A stretch of DNA of 54,677 nucleotides from an uncultured Myxococcales bacterium (GTDB taxonomy: Bacteria; Myxococcota_A; Polyangia; Fen-1088): positions 1 to 54,677 of the forward strand of contig CAZHUY010000004.1 in assembly GCA_964535465.1 (NCBI GenBank), given 5' to 3'. The notes beneath the pieces were generated by a model, which searched no databases, was not told where the DNA came from, and saw only the letters and a program-made list of their open reading frames with translations. A program made the position numbers and the translations under genes. This document shows, piece by piece, positions 1 through 8,379 of this stretch (positions are counted from its first letter, which is position 1; each line of letters begins with the position of its first letter).

Positions 1-597
1 TACCCCGGCGGTGAAGTTGCTGACCCCCACGCTGCGCTTGCCGGGGTATTTCACCTCCTGATCATTGAAGCTGAACTGAGCCCACGACCCGTCCATGGCA
101 AGCAGGGCCATCCAGCGCGAGGTGATGCTGAAGCCCAATTGAACGGAATACGACAAGGCTGGCTCGTGCTTGGACATGTCGCTGGCGCTGTAGGAGAGCG
201 CGCCGATGCCCAGGCCGACGCCGAACATGAACGGGCGATAGGTCAACGGTCGCCTGGGCGCGATGGGGTAGGCGTACCTCGGCTGGCCGTAGTAGTAGGG
301 ATAGGGCACGCCAGGAGGTGGACCGTAGCCGGGATGGGGACGGCTTGGGGGTGGGGGCGGTATGGCCTGCGGCCCTTGCTGCGGGGGGGCAGCGGGTTCG
401 GCTTGCGCTTCGCCGGTCGGCGCCGCGGCCGCTTCCGGCTTTGATTCTGGCGCCGCGGTCTCGGGCGCCGCTTCGGGAGCGGTGGGGGGGGCCGGCGTTT
501 GCCCCCAAGCCGTGGCCGAGAGGGCCAGCACGCTCGTCGCGGCGATTGCCATGGTCGATATACGCCTCAGGTCGCGAGCCAATCGGGACGGTTTCAT
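1..597 (-). CDS. Secreted proline-rich protein with beta-barrel-like C-terminal region; the C-terminal part runs off the left edge of the window
   Basis: This open frame is not in the supplied ORF track because it has no stop in the window. My hand translation from ATG at 597 gives MKPSRLARDLRRISTMAIAATSVLALSATAWGQ (signal peptide). A Pro/Ala-rich segment follows (PPPPPSRPHPGYGPPPGVPYPYYYGQPRY). Then come alternating hydrophobic and Gly/Ser-rich stretches (FMFGVGLGIGALSYSAS...LSYSVQLGFSITSRW) typical of OMP beta-barrel domains. Confidence 0.6.
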   Translation of the reverse strand, partial: MKPSRLARDLRRISTMAIAATSVLALSATAWGQTPAPPTAPEAAPETAAPESKPEAAAAPTGEAQAEPAAPPQQGPQAIPPPPPSRPHPGYGPPPGVPYPYYYGQPRYAYPIAPRRPLTYRPFMFGVGLGIGALSYSASDMSKHEPALSYSVQLGFSITSRWMALLAMDGSWAQFSFNDQEVKYPGKRSVGVSNFTAGV

Positions 598-720
598 GAC
601 GCTCTCCTTAGACTGCTCGGTAGCATACTCGATTCGACACCGAATAAATGTGATGCCGCCCGCCAGAAATGCAATCTCTCTGGGGACTTACCCCCCACGT
701 GAAGTACAATAGCGTCGAAC

Positions 721-2517
721 ATGGCAGGCCCTGGCTCCGCCGGACTCTTTGCTTCCTTACGTAGCGCCGCTCGCTTGACCCAGGAGCGATTTCTGGTCGG
801 GATAGCGAACGCCGAGGAACGGGTTCGTGTGGTCTCGGCCCTCTCCGCCGAGGGCACGGTGATCGAGCTGCCCTCGGCCGAGAAAGCTCTGGATCGCCTG
901 GCGGAAGAGCCCTTCGACATGGCGGTGCTGGACGAGAAGGCGGTGGACCTGACGCGCGATCCCTTTACCACCGCCCGCGAGCTCCGACCCTTCGCCGACG
1001 TGCTCATCCTGCTCGATGGCGATCCGAGGCGCTGTTCGGATTTCTATTCGCGCGAGGTCGCGGCCCTGCTCACCCGGCCCTTGCCGAGCAGCGACGCCCT
1101 GTTTCGCGCCCACCTGCGCTGGCTGGCCTCGTGCCGGCGGGCACGCACGCGTGAGTTGTTGCTGGGCAACGCCATCACCGGAAATCGCGAGGCTTTGGAG
1201 GCCAACGAGCCAGCGCTGGCCGGGGCGTTGGCGGGCGTGCTGGCCGATCGCAAGCGCCAACTCGCCATCGCGGTGATGGGCGACGCCGAGTTGGCCAAGC
1301 TGGCGGGTGGTGGTGTCATCACGACCGCGGCCGATGTGGCGGTGGTTGGCTTGGCCCCTGACGATCGCATCGACGCGCGTCTGCGCGAGGTACGCAACCG
1401 CGCCGCGGGCGCCGCCGTGGTCGTGGTGGATGCGGCGCCTTCGCCGGAGAGATTGTCAGCCGCAGTCTACGGCGGGGCGCGCGCCTATATGGGGCGCGAT
1501 CGTCTCCTGGATCTCGGGCGCATCGTGGCCAGCACCGCGGGCCGCCGCCGCGCGGAGATCATTGGGCGCCAGCTTGTCGAAACCCTGGCGCGCTTCGGGG
1601 TCATGGACCACGACGAGCGCGAGGGTGGGGCACCGGCGGCTCCCCAGGACCTGGACGCTCGTTTGATCGCGGATGCCACCTCGGACAGCAACGGGGCCGT
1701 GGTGCCCTCGTCGCACGAGGTGCTGGTGGTCGACGACGAGGTCGTGGTCCTGACGGTGTTGCGTGAGATCCTGCGCCGGGGCGGCTACCGGGTGACCACC
1801 GCGGCTTCGGCCGAGGAAGCTATCGAGCTCATGCGCCAGCGCCGCTTCGATCTGGTGCTCACCGACAAGAACCTGCCGGGCGCCTCGGGTCTCGAGGTCT
1901 TGCGGGTCGCGCGCACCCTGGATCCGCCGCCCGCCGTGGTGATGATCACCGGGTATTCGTCCTACGACTCCGCGGTCGAGGCCCTGGACATCGGCGCCCA
2001 GGACTACATCGAAAAGCCCATCCGTGACGCCGAGGCCTTGCGCTTTCGCATACGGCGCGCGCTCTCCCGGCGCAACGAGCAGTTGGCGCGTGCGCAGGCC
2101 AGCGCGCAGAACAGTCCGCCTCGTCCCGAGGGCCAGAAGGGTCGTGTCTTGCTGGTGGAGACCGACGGGCCGCGCCGTCACGTGATCGCCGAGTTCCTGG
2201 GCCGCAGCTTCGATCTCACCACCGCGGCCACCGGCGACGATGCCCTGGCGTTGCTGCAAAAGGAGCGCTTCGACGTGGTCCTGGCCGACCGCAACCTCCC
2301 GGGCTTGTCCGGTCTGCGGGTCATCGAGCAAGCCAAGCGCCTGCTCCCCTACTGCGCCTCGGTCTTGTACACCGCCTATCCCTCCTACGAGACCATCAAA
2401 GAGGCTTTCGAGGCAGGCGTGGACGGCTACCTGGCCCGGCCCAACGAGGATCTGAAGGCGCTGGCCGAGAAGGTGGCCGGCGCGCTTCGCAGCCGCGGCG
2501 GGATCTTGCTCGGCTAG
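721..2517 (+). CDS. Multi-receiver response regulator: two canonical REC domains preceded by two degenerate REC-like modules, with no recognisable output domain
   Basis: REC motifs: VLVVDDEVVV...FDLVLTDKNLPGASGLEV...VVMITGYSS...DYIEKP and VLLVETDG...FDVVLADRNLPGLSGL...VLYTAYPS...GYLARP. The N-terminal half has weaker REC-like segments (FDMAVLDEK; AAVVVVDAAPS). Confidence 0.85.
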   Translation: MAGPGSAGLFASLRSAARLTQERFLVGIANAEERVRVVSALSAEGTVIELPSAEKALDRLAEEPFDMAVLDEKAVDLTRDPFTTARELRPFADVLILLDGDPRRCSDFYSREVAALLTRPLPSSDALFRAHLRWLASCRRARTRELLLGNAITGNREALEANEPALAGALAGVLADRKRQLAIAVMGDAELAKLAGGGVITTAADVAVVGLAPDDRIDARLREVRNRAAGAAVVVVDAAPSPERLSAAVYGGARAYMGRDRLLDLGRIVASTAGRRRAEIIGRQLVETLARFGVMDHDEREGGAPAAPQDLDARLIADATSDSNGAVVPSSHEVLVVDDEVVVLTVLREILRRGGYRVTTAASAEEAIELMRQRRFDLVLTDKNLPGASGLEVLRVARTLDPPPAVVMITGYSSYDSAVEALDIGAQDYIEKPIRDAEALRFRIRRALSRRNEQLARAQASAQNSPPRPEGQKGRVLLVETDGPRRHVIAEFLGRSFDLTTAATGDDALALLQKERFDVVLADRNLPGLSGLRVIEQAKRLLPYCASVLYTAYPSYETIKEAFEAGVDGYLARPNEDLKALAEKVAGALRSRGGILLG

Positions 2518-2540
2518 ATCGGCGCTCCAGGTGCCCTGCC

Positions 2541-3986
2541 TCAGGGCGCGATGCTCGCGATCTTGTTGGCGTCGGCCAGGGTGAACCATAGCTGCCCATC
2601 GGGGCCGGCGACGATGAACATGGGGCCACCTGTCCTGGCGGTGATGGGGAATTCGCTGACTTTGCCTTCGGGGGTGATGCGGCCGATCCTGTTGGCTGCG
2701 TACTCCGTGAACCATATGTTGTGGTCTGGTCCGAGGGCGAGAAACCCGCGCGAGCCCGCGCTGTTGGGCGTGGGAATCGTGAAGTCGTCGAAGACGCCCT
2801 CGGTGGTCATGCGGCCAATCCGGTTCGTGGCGGTTTCGTAGAACCACAGATTCCCGTCGGCGCCGGTGGCGATGCCCGATGGGGCCGCGAACGCGGACGC
2901 CGTCAGCCAGGACGACGTGGGAGTCGGCGCGGACGGCACCAGACGGCCGATCTGTCCGGAGCCATACTGGGTGAACCATATGCTGCCATCGGCGGCCACG
3001 GCGGGACGAGCGGGCTGACTGTAGACCACGCTGACGGGGTATTCGGACAGAGTCCCGTCGACCGACAGCGAGCCAATCCGGTTGCCGTTCATCTCGGTGA
3101 ACCACAGCTTGCTGTCGTGGCCCACCACGATTCCGACGGGGCCGCTGCCCCGGGTCACGGCGTGCTCGGAGACCTGACCCGAGGGCGTCATGCGGGCGAT
3201 CTTGTCGGCGCTGTATTCCGTGAACCACAGATTGTCGTCCGGTCCCCACACGATGCCCTCGATGGTGGTTCCGTTGGGAAGGGCTTGGAACTCGGAGAAG
3301 GTGCCACCGGTGATCGAGTACTTCAGGATCTTTCCGGTGGTGTGTCCAGCGATCCACAGGCTGTCGTCCGGACCAGCGGTCAGACACCACGGCTGGGTGA
3401 ATCCGATGGGGAGCTTGCGCTCCTTGATGACGTTGAGCGGTCCCGTGTCAGCGCGCAGGGTGTCCCTGGGTGCGTCGCCGACCGTCGATCCGCCGTCGGC
3501 GTAGTCCTCTCCAGTCTCCGCGTCCAGACCGCCGTCGAAGGGGGCTTCCTCAGCGTCGCGGGCGTCCGCCGTGGCCGTGTCGAGCTCGGGGCTTTCCGCA
3601 TCCACGGCCGCATCGTCAGCTGCCGTTGTGTTCGCATCCTTTGTGTCGCCGCGCCCATCCACGGTTGTGATGTCAGGGGGCGAGTCTTCGCTCTGGGGCA
3701 GGTCGCGATTCGCATCGAGAGTATGGTTCGCGTCCATGAGCCCCAGGGCATCGGATGCCGGCGGATCCGTGGGCGCACTTGCTTCGGGCTTGCGGCCCAT
3801 ATCCAAGCCGCCGTCGTCCCATGCCGCCGCGCTGCCGTCCTGGTCAGCAGCCGGCGTCGAGGCGGCGTCGCGGGCGGCAGGACCACGCAGCCTGCTCGCA
3901 TCGAACGAGCATCCCACCATCATCAAGAGGATGATCCATGGGCTTGTCAGTCTGGGTATCGATTCTCGGAACTCAGCAGTGATCAT
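2541..3986 (-). CDS. Lipoprotein with Vgb (streptogramin-lyase)-like beta-propeller repeats and an acidic low-complexity linker
   Basis: Lipobox WIILLMMVGC near the N-terminus. A long D/A/T-rich linker follows. Repeated blades carry the G-P-D-x-x-L-W-F-T-E signature (GPDDNLWFTEYSADKI, HDSKLWFTEMNGNRI, DGSIWFTQYGSGQI, GADGNLWFYETATNRI, GPDHNIWFTEYAANRI, GPDGQLWFTLADANKI). Confidence 0.75.
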   Translation of the reverse strand: MITAEFRESIPRLTSPWIILLMMVGCSFDASRLRGPAARDAASTPAADQDGSAAAWDDGGLDMGRKPEASAPTDPPASDALGLMDANHTLDANRDLPQSEDSPPDITTVDGRGDTKDANTTAADDAAVDAESPELDTATADARDAEEAPFDGGLDAETGEDYADGGSTVGDAPRDTLRADTGPLNVIKERKLPIGFTQPWCLTAGPDDSLWIAGHTTGKILKYSITGGTFSEFQALPNGTTIEGIVWGPDDNLWFTEYSADKIARMTPSGQVSEHAVTRGSGPVGIVVGHDSKLWFTEMNGNRIGSLSVDGTLSEYPVSVVYSQPARPAVAADGSIWFTQYGSGQIGRLVPSAPTPTSSWLTASAFAAPSGIATGADGNLWFYETATNRIGRMTTEGVFDDFTIPTPNSAGSRGFLALGPDHNIWFTEYAANRIGRITPEGKVSEFPITARTGGPMFIVAGPDGQLWFTLADANKIASIAP

Positions 3987-4154
3987 ACTGACGACTAATA
4001 GAGATCGTCAGTCTGGACCATCGTCTTGAGCATCGCTGGCCTACGGCGCCCCCCTGGACGACGCGTGAGGCCGTGGTGGCTGTCCGCTTTTGGTGCTTTT
4101 TTTTGGACCAACCCGTGGGTCTTGTGGCTGCTGCTGAGAAACCGAGAGGCATCA

Positions 4155-5468
4155 ATGAAAGCACACCTGGCGATTGGGATTCCTTTGCTGACCATTGCGA
4201 CCGCGTGGGGCTGCGGCGGCTCCGACAACGCACGGGGCTTGGGAGGCGCAAGCGGCACCAGCCTCGCTGGCGGCTCGTCTGCCCAGGGCGGAAGGAATGA
4301 CTCCGGCGGCGCATCAGGCACGGGAGGCCTGTCATCGCTGGGGGGGGGCCTGGGCAGCGCGGGCAGCTCGGCCAAGGGCGGGAGTACGGGCGCGAGCACC
4401 CATTCCAGTGCGGGCGGATCCTCCGCGGTGGTCTCCACCGGCGGTAGCGCGGGTCGAGGCGGTGGCGCGGGCGGTGGCGGCAAGACCGTGACCAGCACCA
4501 GCGCCTCGGGCGGTGCCGGCGGCGCTGCCGGCAGCAAGGGAGGCGACACGGGCGGTGGTGGAGGCAGCCCTCGGGACGACGGTGGAGTGTCCGGCGATGC
4601 CTTGGCGGTCGATGGCGCAAAGGCTGATGCGCCCGAGGCCGGCGGCAGCGCCCAGACATGTCCGACCGGCCTGCCTGCGCCGAGCGCGGGCAACCGCAAG
4701 GGAACCCTCCAGCACGGCGGCAAGTCGCGCACCTACACTCTGCACGTCCCCTCGGGGCTTTCGGCTGGCAAGCCGCTGGCCTTGGTCTTCGATCTGCACG
4801 GGGCCGGCGGCTCGGGCACGGGGCAGCAAAGAGACAGCGGCTGGGGCGCCGTGGCTGACAGGGAGAAGTTCCTGATGGCCTATCCCGACGGAATCGACGG
4901 CTATTGGAACGTGGACGACACGTGCTGCGGTACGGCTGGAAAGCAGAAGATCGACGACGTCGGCTTCCTCAAAGCTCTCATCCTGGCTCTGAGCAAGGAC
5001 ATCTGCATCGACGCCACACGCATCTATGTCACCGGCTTCTCCAACGGCGGGGGACTCACCCACCGCATGGGCTGCGACGCGGCCGATGTCATCGCCGCCA
5101 TCGCGCCCATGGCCACCGACCTGCGCACGCAGCCCTGCAAGCCCGTGCGCCCCATCTCGATGATGGAATTCCGCGGCACCAAGGACTCGCTTGAACCCTA
5201 CGAGGGCGGCCTGGTGGGCCCAGCCGGCGGGCAGTACGTGGCCGTCGGGGCCAAGGCCTCGTTGAAGCTGTGGGCCGACATCAACCAGTGCACGGGCACC
5301 ACCACCCCCATCGATAAGTACTGCGAGAGCTACACCGCCTGCCAGGGCGGCGTGGAATCCGATCTCTGCTCGATGACGGGCGTGGATCACTCGCCCTACC
5401 AACACAACCTGGACTTCAACGCCGCCGAAGTCGCCTGGAAGATGTTCCAGCGGCAAGCCATGCGCTGA
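4155..5468 (+). CDS. Lipoprotein esterase of the PHB-depolymerase / LpqC-like alpha/beta-hydrolase family
   Basis: I chose the internal start MKAHLAIGIPLLTIATAWGC (lipobox) over the upstream ORF start at 4026. A long Gly/Ser-rich linker follows. The catalytic domain shows LVFDLHGAGGSG, AYPDG, DDVGFL and the nucleophile elbow GFSNGG. Confidence 0.75.
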   Translation: MKAHLAIGIPLLTIATAWGCGGSDNARGLGGASGTSLAGGSSAQGGRNDSGGASGTGGLSSLGGGLGSAGSSAKGGSTGASTHSSAGGSSAVVSTGGSAGRGGGAGGGGKTVTSTSASGGAGGAAGSKGGDTGGGGGSPRDDGGVSGDALAVDGAKADAPEAGGSAQTCPTGLPAPSAGNRKGTLQHGGKSRTYTLHVPSGLSAGKPLALVFDLHGAGGSGTGQQRDSGWGAVADREKFLMAYPDGIDGYWNVDDTCCGTAGKQKIDDVGFLKALILALSKDICIDATRIYVTGFSNGGGLTHRMGCDAADVIAAIAPMATDLRTQPCKPVRPISMMEFRGTKDSLEPYEGGLVGPAGGQYVAVGAKASLKLWADINQCTGTTTPIDKYCESYTACQGGVESDLCSMTGVDHSPYQHNLDFNAAEVAWKMFQRQAMR

Positions 5469-5529
5469 CGGTGGGTCGACCGGCGTCCCTGGAACGTCCC
5501 TTGGACGGACGGGCGCTCTGCGAGCATGC

Positions 5530-5979
5530 TTGGACATCATGCGAGCGAAATGGTTGCTGGCCTTTCTCTTGGGCTTGGGCGCGGGGGGGTGTGGACGGGA
5601 TGGTTTGGCGGTACCGGTTCCGGATGCCGGGCGACGTCATGGTGGGCTCCCTTGGATCGGCAATGTCGTGAGGATGTTGCCCGATGGCGGTCTGGCGTCG
5701 TGGCTGGGGGACGGAGGCTTGGGCGTTCTGGTTTGTGGGGCGCAGGTCAGGCTTGGGGGAGCCTGCTCGGCGGACACGCTTCCTTGTGTCCTCTCCAGTC
5801 TGGGAGGGGTGTGCGCCTGCGTTTCGGGAAGATACCTATGCCCGCTCAACACCACGAGCGGGCCCAAGACCTGCCCAGCCACGGCCGCGACCGGAGACGC
5901 TTGCCGCTCGCCCATGTCCATCTGCGTGTCGGACGACATGGCTTGTCTGTGCGGCATGGGCACCTACAGCTGCCTGTGA
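5530..5979 (+). CDS. Small cysteine-rich putative lipoprotein (hypothetical)
   Basis: The N-terminus MRAKWLLAFLLGLGAGGC carries a lipobox. There are more than 12 Cys in about 140 aa. Codon bias is weaker than in neighbouring genes, so confidence is moderate. Confidence 0.45.
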   Translation: MDIMRAKWLLAFLLGLGAGGCGRDGLAVPVPDAGRRHGGLPWIGNVVRMLPDGGLASWLGDGGLGVLVCGAQVRLGGACSADTLPCVLSSLGGVCACVSGRYLCPLNTTSGPKTCPATAATGDACRSPMSICVSDDMACLCGMGTYSCL

Positions 5980-6023
5980 TTCGACCGAGCGGGCAGGGGC
6001 CTTCAGCGACACGGGGCCGGCGA

Positions 6024-7223
6024 TCAGCGAGGACCCGCATCCTTCGGCGCGGGAGTCGTCGCCGGCGTCTGGGATAGTCCGAGGTTGGCGGCCGTGGCAG
6101 CGGCCATCACGCCGCGGATTCCCATCGACACCGCCTGTTCGGGCAGGGTGCGAACGAAGGCCAGCGGAACGCGCAGCGAAAGCTCGGCCCGGTCGGCTTC
6201 GCCGGAAGGCGGGGTTGCGCTGCCGCGCAGGTTGAGGGTGGGGCCATCTTGGCGACAATCGAGGGCGAGATCCCAGGCGCCTTGAGGCGTCTGTTCCGCG
6301 CTGGCCAGCCATAGCGGCGCCCCGCGATCGACGCGCAAAATGGGTTGCCCGAGCCGGCCCAAGGCGGTGGTACCGTCGGCGGCGAAAAGTCTCTGGCCCT
6401 CGCTCTCTTTCCAGGCGTCGTCGATGGCGATGACGGTCGACGCATCCAGGATCCGGAAGGTGAGTGCGCGCGACAGGAAGCCACTGACCCGAAAGGTTTT
6501 GGCGCCCCCCGTTCCTTCGCTGCGGATCTGCAGGGTGTCGGCGCCCAGGACGCCCACCAGACAATAGAGATTCCTCTCGTCGGCGATGCCGGCGGCTCGC
6601 ACCACGATCATCTGCGCACCCTCGGTGCGCCTGGCGATCAGGATGCGCGCGTTGGCGAAATCGATCTGGCAGGTCGCCAGGGCCGACAGTTCGGAGCGCG
6701 CGGTGATGCCCTGGACAGCCAGGAGCTGTTCGACCGCCGCGGAGCCCGCCAGGCCGACCACCATGGACGCATCCGCGGGGATGAACGATTCCAGTCCGTG
6801 TTGCGCGCCCGTGGTGGCCACCGGGAGAGGCGCGGGGGCCGCTTCCTTTTTCGACTTTGAGCCCATCAAGCCCGTGAGGTCACGCAGGTTGCTGACGACC
6901 TGCTGGGTCCCCAGATTGCCCAGCGACACGCCCAGCACCACCACGCCCACCGCCAGGAAGCGCAGCGCCAGGCGGCTTCGTCCCGAGAGAGAGGAAGGGG
7001 AGCGATCCTTGCCGCCGGTTCCGCCCAACAGATGCCAGAGCAAAGGCAGGAAGGGGAAGGTGGCCAGGCCCGCTCCGACCGCCAGCCAAGTCGGGCTCTT
7101 CTGGGCGAGCAAGCCGGCATACAAGGTGAGGGCGGCGACGATGGCCAGCAGAGAGCACAACACCAGAAGCCAAATGTCCGAGGTTCGCCTCTTCTCTTGG
7201 GTATTCGTCGTAGCAGGTTCCAT
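6024..7223 (-). CDS. Hypothetical membrane-anchored protein
   Basis: 399-aa ORF with N-terminal hydrophobic helices (IWLLVLCSLLAIVAALTLYAGLL; WLAVGAGLATFPFLPLLWHLL; LALRFLAVGVVVLGVSLG) followed by a soluble domain. I recognise no family. Confidence 0.55.
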   Translation of the reverse strand: MEPATTNTQEKRRTSDIWLLVLCSLLAIVAALTLYAGLLAQKSPTWLAVGAGLATFPFLPLLWHLLGGTGGKDRSPSSLSGRSRLALRFLAVGVVVLGVSLGNLGTQQVVSNLRDLTGLMGSKSKKEAAPAPLPVATTGAQHGLESFIPADASMVVGLAGSAAVEQLLAVQGITARSELSALATCQIDFANARILIARRTEGAQMIVVRAAGIADERNLYCLVGVLGADTLQIRSEGTGGAKTFRVSGFLSRALTFRILDASTVIAIDDAWKESEGQRLFAADGTTALGRLGQPILRVDRGAPLWLASAEQTPQGAWDLALDCRQDGPTLNLRGSATPPSGEADRAELSLRVPLAFVRTLPEQAVSMGIRGVMAAATAANLGLSQTPATTPAPKDAGPR

Positions 7224-7357
7224 CAGGACAGGGAGAATAGCCTGGATCGCGGCGAAGGCACGACTACTGGCCGCCCAATAGCCAGAATGGGTAGGTTGGT
7301 CAGGGGACTGTCGCTAGGTCGCTCGGCGAACCTTCGCCGTGCCGCCTCGAGCGGTCG

Positions 7358-8146
7358 CTAGATCATCCCCGATCCCAACAGCAGGGCAATGAGGAGCAGC
7401 AAGACTCCCGTGATCCGTTGGACCGTGGCCATGGTGATCTTGTGCAGAACCCGTTTCCCCAGAATCACCCCGGAAAAGGCGGCCAGTGCGCCGACCGCGA
7501 TCAGCAGACCGTCGCGGCTGCCTGTCAGGTCGGTGAGACGCGAACCCAGCAAGATGGTCCCGTAGGCCGAGATGCGCACCACATCCACCATGAGCCCGAT
7601 GAGGGCGTTGGTGCCGACGAAGGCTTGCGGCGCGATGCCGGCCTTGGCCAGAAAGGCAGAGCGCAAAGCCCCCTGGTGCCCCGAGAGGCCCCCGAAGAAT
7701 CCCGACAGGAGTCCGCCGAGCGGCAGATAGCGGCGATCGATCTCCAGCTTTTCGAAGCGCGGGTGGAGCTCGATCACGGCGAACCCGCTCATGAGGATGG
7801 CCATGGCCAGCTTGAGCGGCGTGACGATCGCAAGTTTGCCGAAGAGCGAGTACGACCAGAGCTCGGGCATCGCCGCGAGGAGCTTGAGGGTGTATGCCCC
7901 GGCGAAGGCCGCGACGACGGCCGGCACCCCGAAGCGCAGCACCAGCCGCGGCTCCGCCAACTTACCGAGCAGCACCGCCTTCAGCAGGTTGTTGGCGCCG
8001 TGGACCAGCGCCGTGGCCGCGACCGCGAGCTCGACCGGGAGAAAGAAGGCGAACACCGGCAAGAGCAACGTGCCCAGCCCAAAACCCGAAAACATGGTCA
8101 GGCCAGAGGCCAGCAGAGCGACAAAGGCTACGACGATGTATTCCAT
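7358..8146 (-). CDS. TauE/SafE-family (DUF81) anion exporter membrane protein
   Basis: 262-aa polytopic protein. The N-terminus VALLASGLTMFSGFGLGTLLLPVF and the internal GLLSGFFGGLSGHQGALRSAFL match the duplicated TauE signature. Confidence 0.8.
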   Translation of the reverse strand: MEYIVVAFVALLASGLTMFSGFGLGTLLLPVFAFFLPVELAVAATALVHGANNLLKAVLLGKLAEPRLVLRFGVPAVVAAFAGAYTLKLLAAMPELWSYSLFGKLAIVTPLKLAMAILMSGFAVIELHPRFEKLEIDRRYLPLGGLLSGFFGGLSGHQGALRSAFLAKAGIAPQAFVGTNALIGLMVDVVRISAYGTILLGSRLTDLTGSRDGLLIAVGALAAFSGVILGKRVLHKITMATVQRITGVLLLLIALLLGSGMI

Positions 8147-8379
8147 GACTTGCAGCGCTCAGAGGTATGGATGTGCGCTCAAGCAAAGGTGATTCGAGGA
8201 ATTTCGGGCGTGCGGCGTCTGCTTGACCGCGTCCCTGCCGGCGACCTCGCGTGCGTTTGCGACTTTCCGCGGCCAGTCGGCCCTTTGTGAACAAGCCAAG
8301 TGGCAGTTGACGGAAGCCGATCGGTTTTGTTCTACTGCTTCCCTAAAGACATCCGATCAAACGCGGGTGTGGCGACGAC

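Noticed and set aside
62-712. Several listed ORFs at the left edge (62-508 minus, 139-444, 318-599 and 362-712 plus)
   Set aside because: All are out of frame with, or antisense to, the unlisted open frame 1-597 (minus). That frame has a proper signal peptide and a coherent Pro-rich plus beta-barrel-like sequence.
1456-3390. 644-aa ORF on the minus strand
   Set aside because: It overlaps the response-regulator gene in antisense and the Vgb-like gene out of frame. No recognisable domains are present.
4332-5540. 402-aa ORF on the minus strand
   Set aside because: It is antisense to the esterase lipoprotein gene, which has a clear GFSNGG nucleophile motif and a lipobox.
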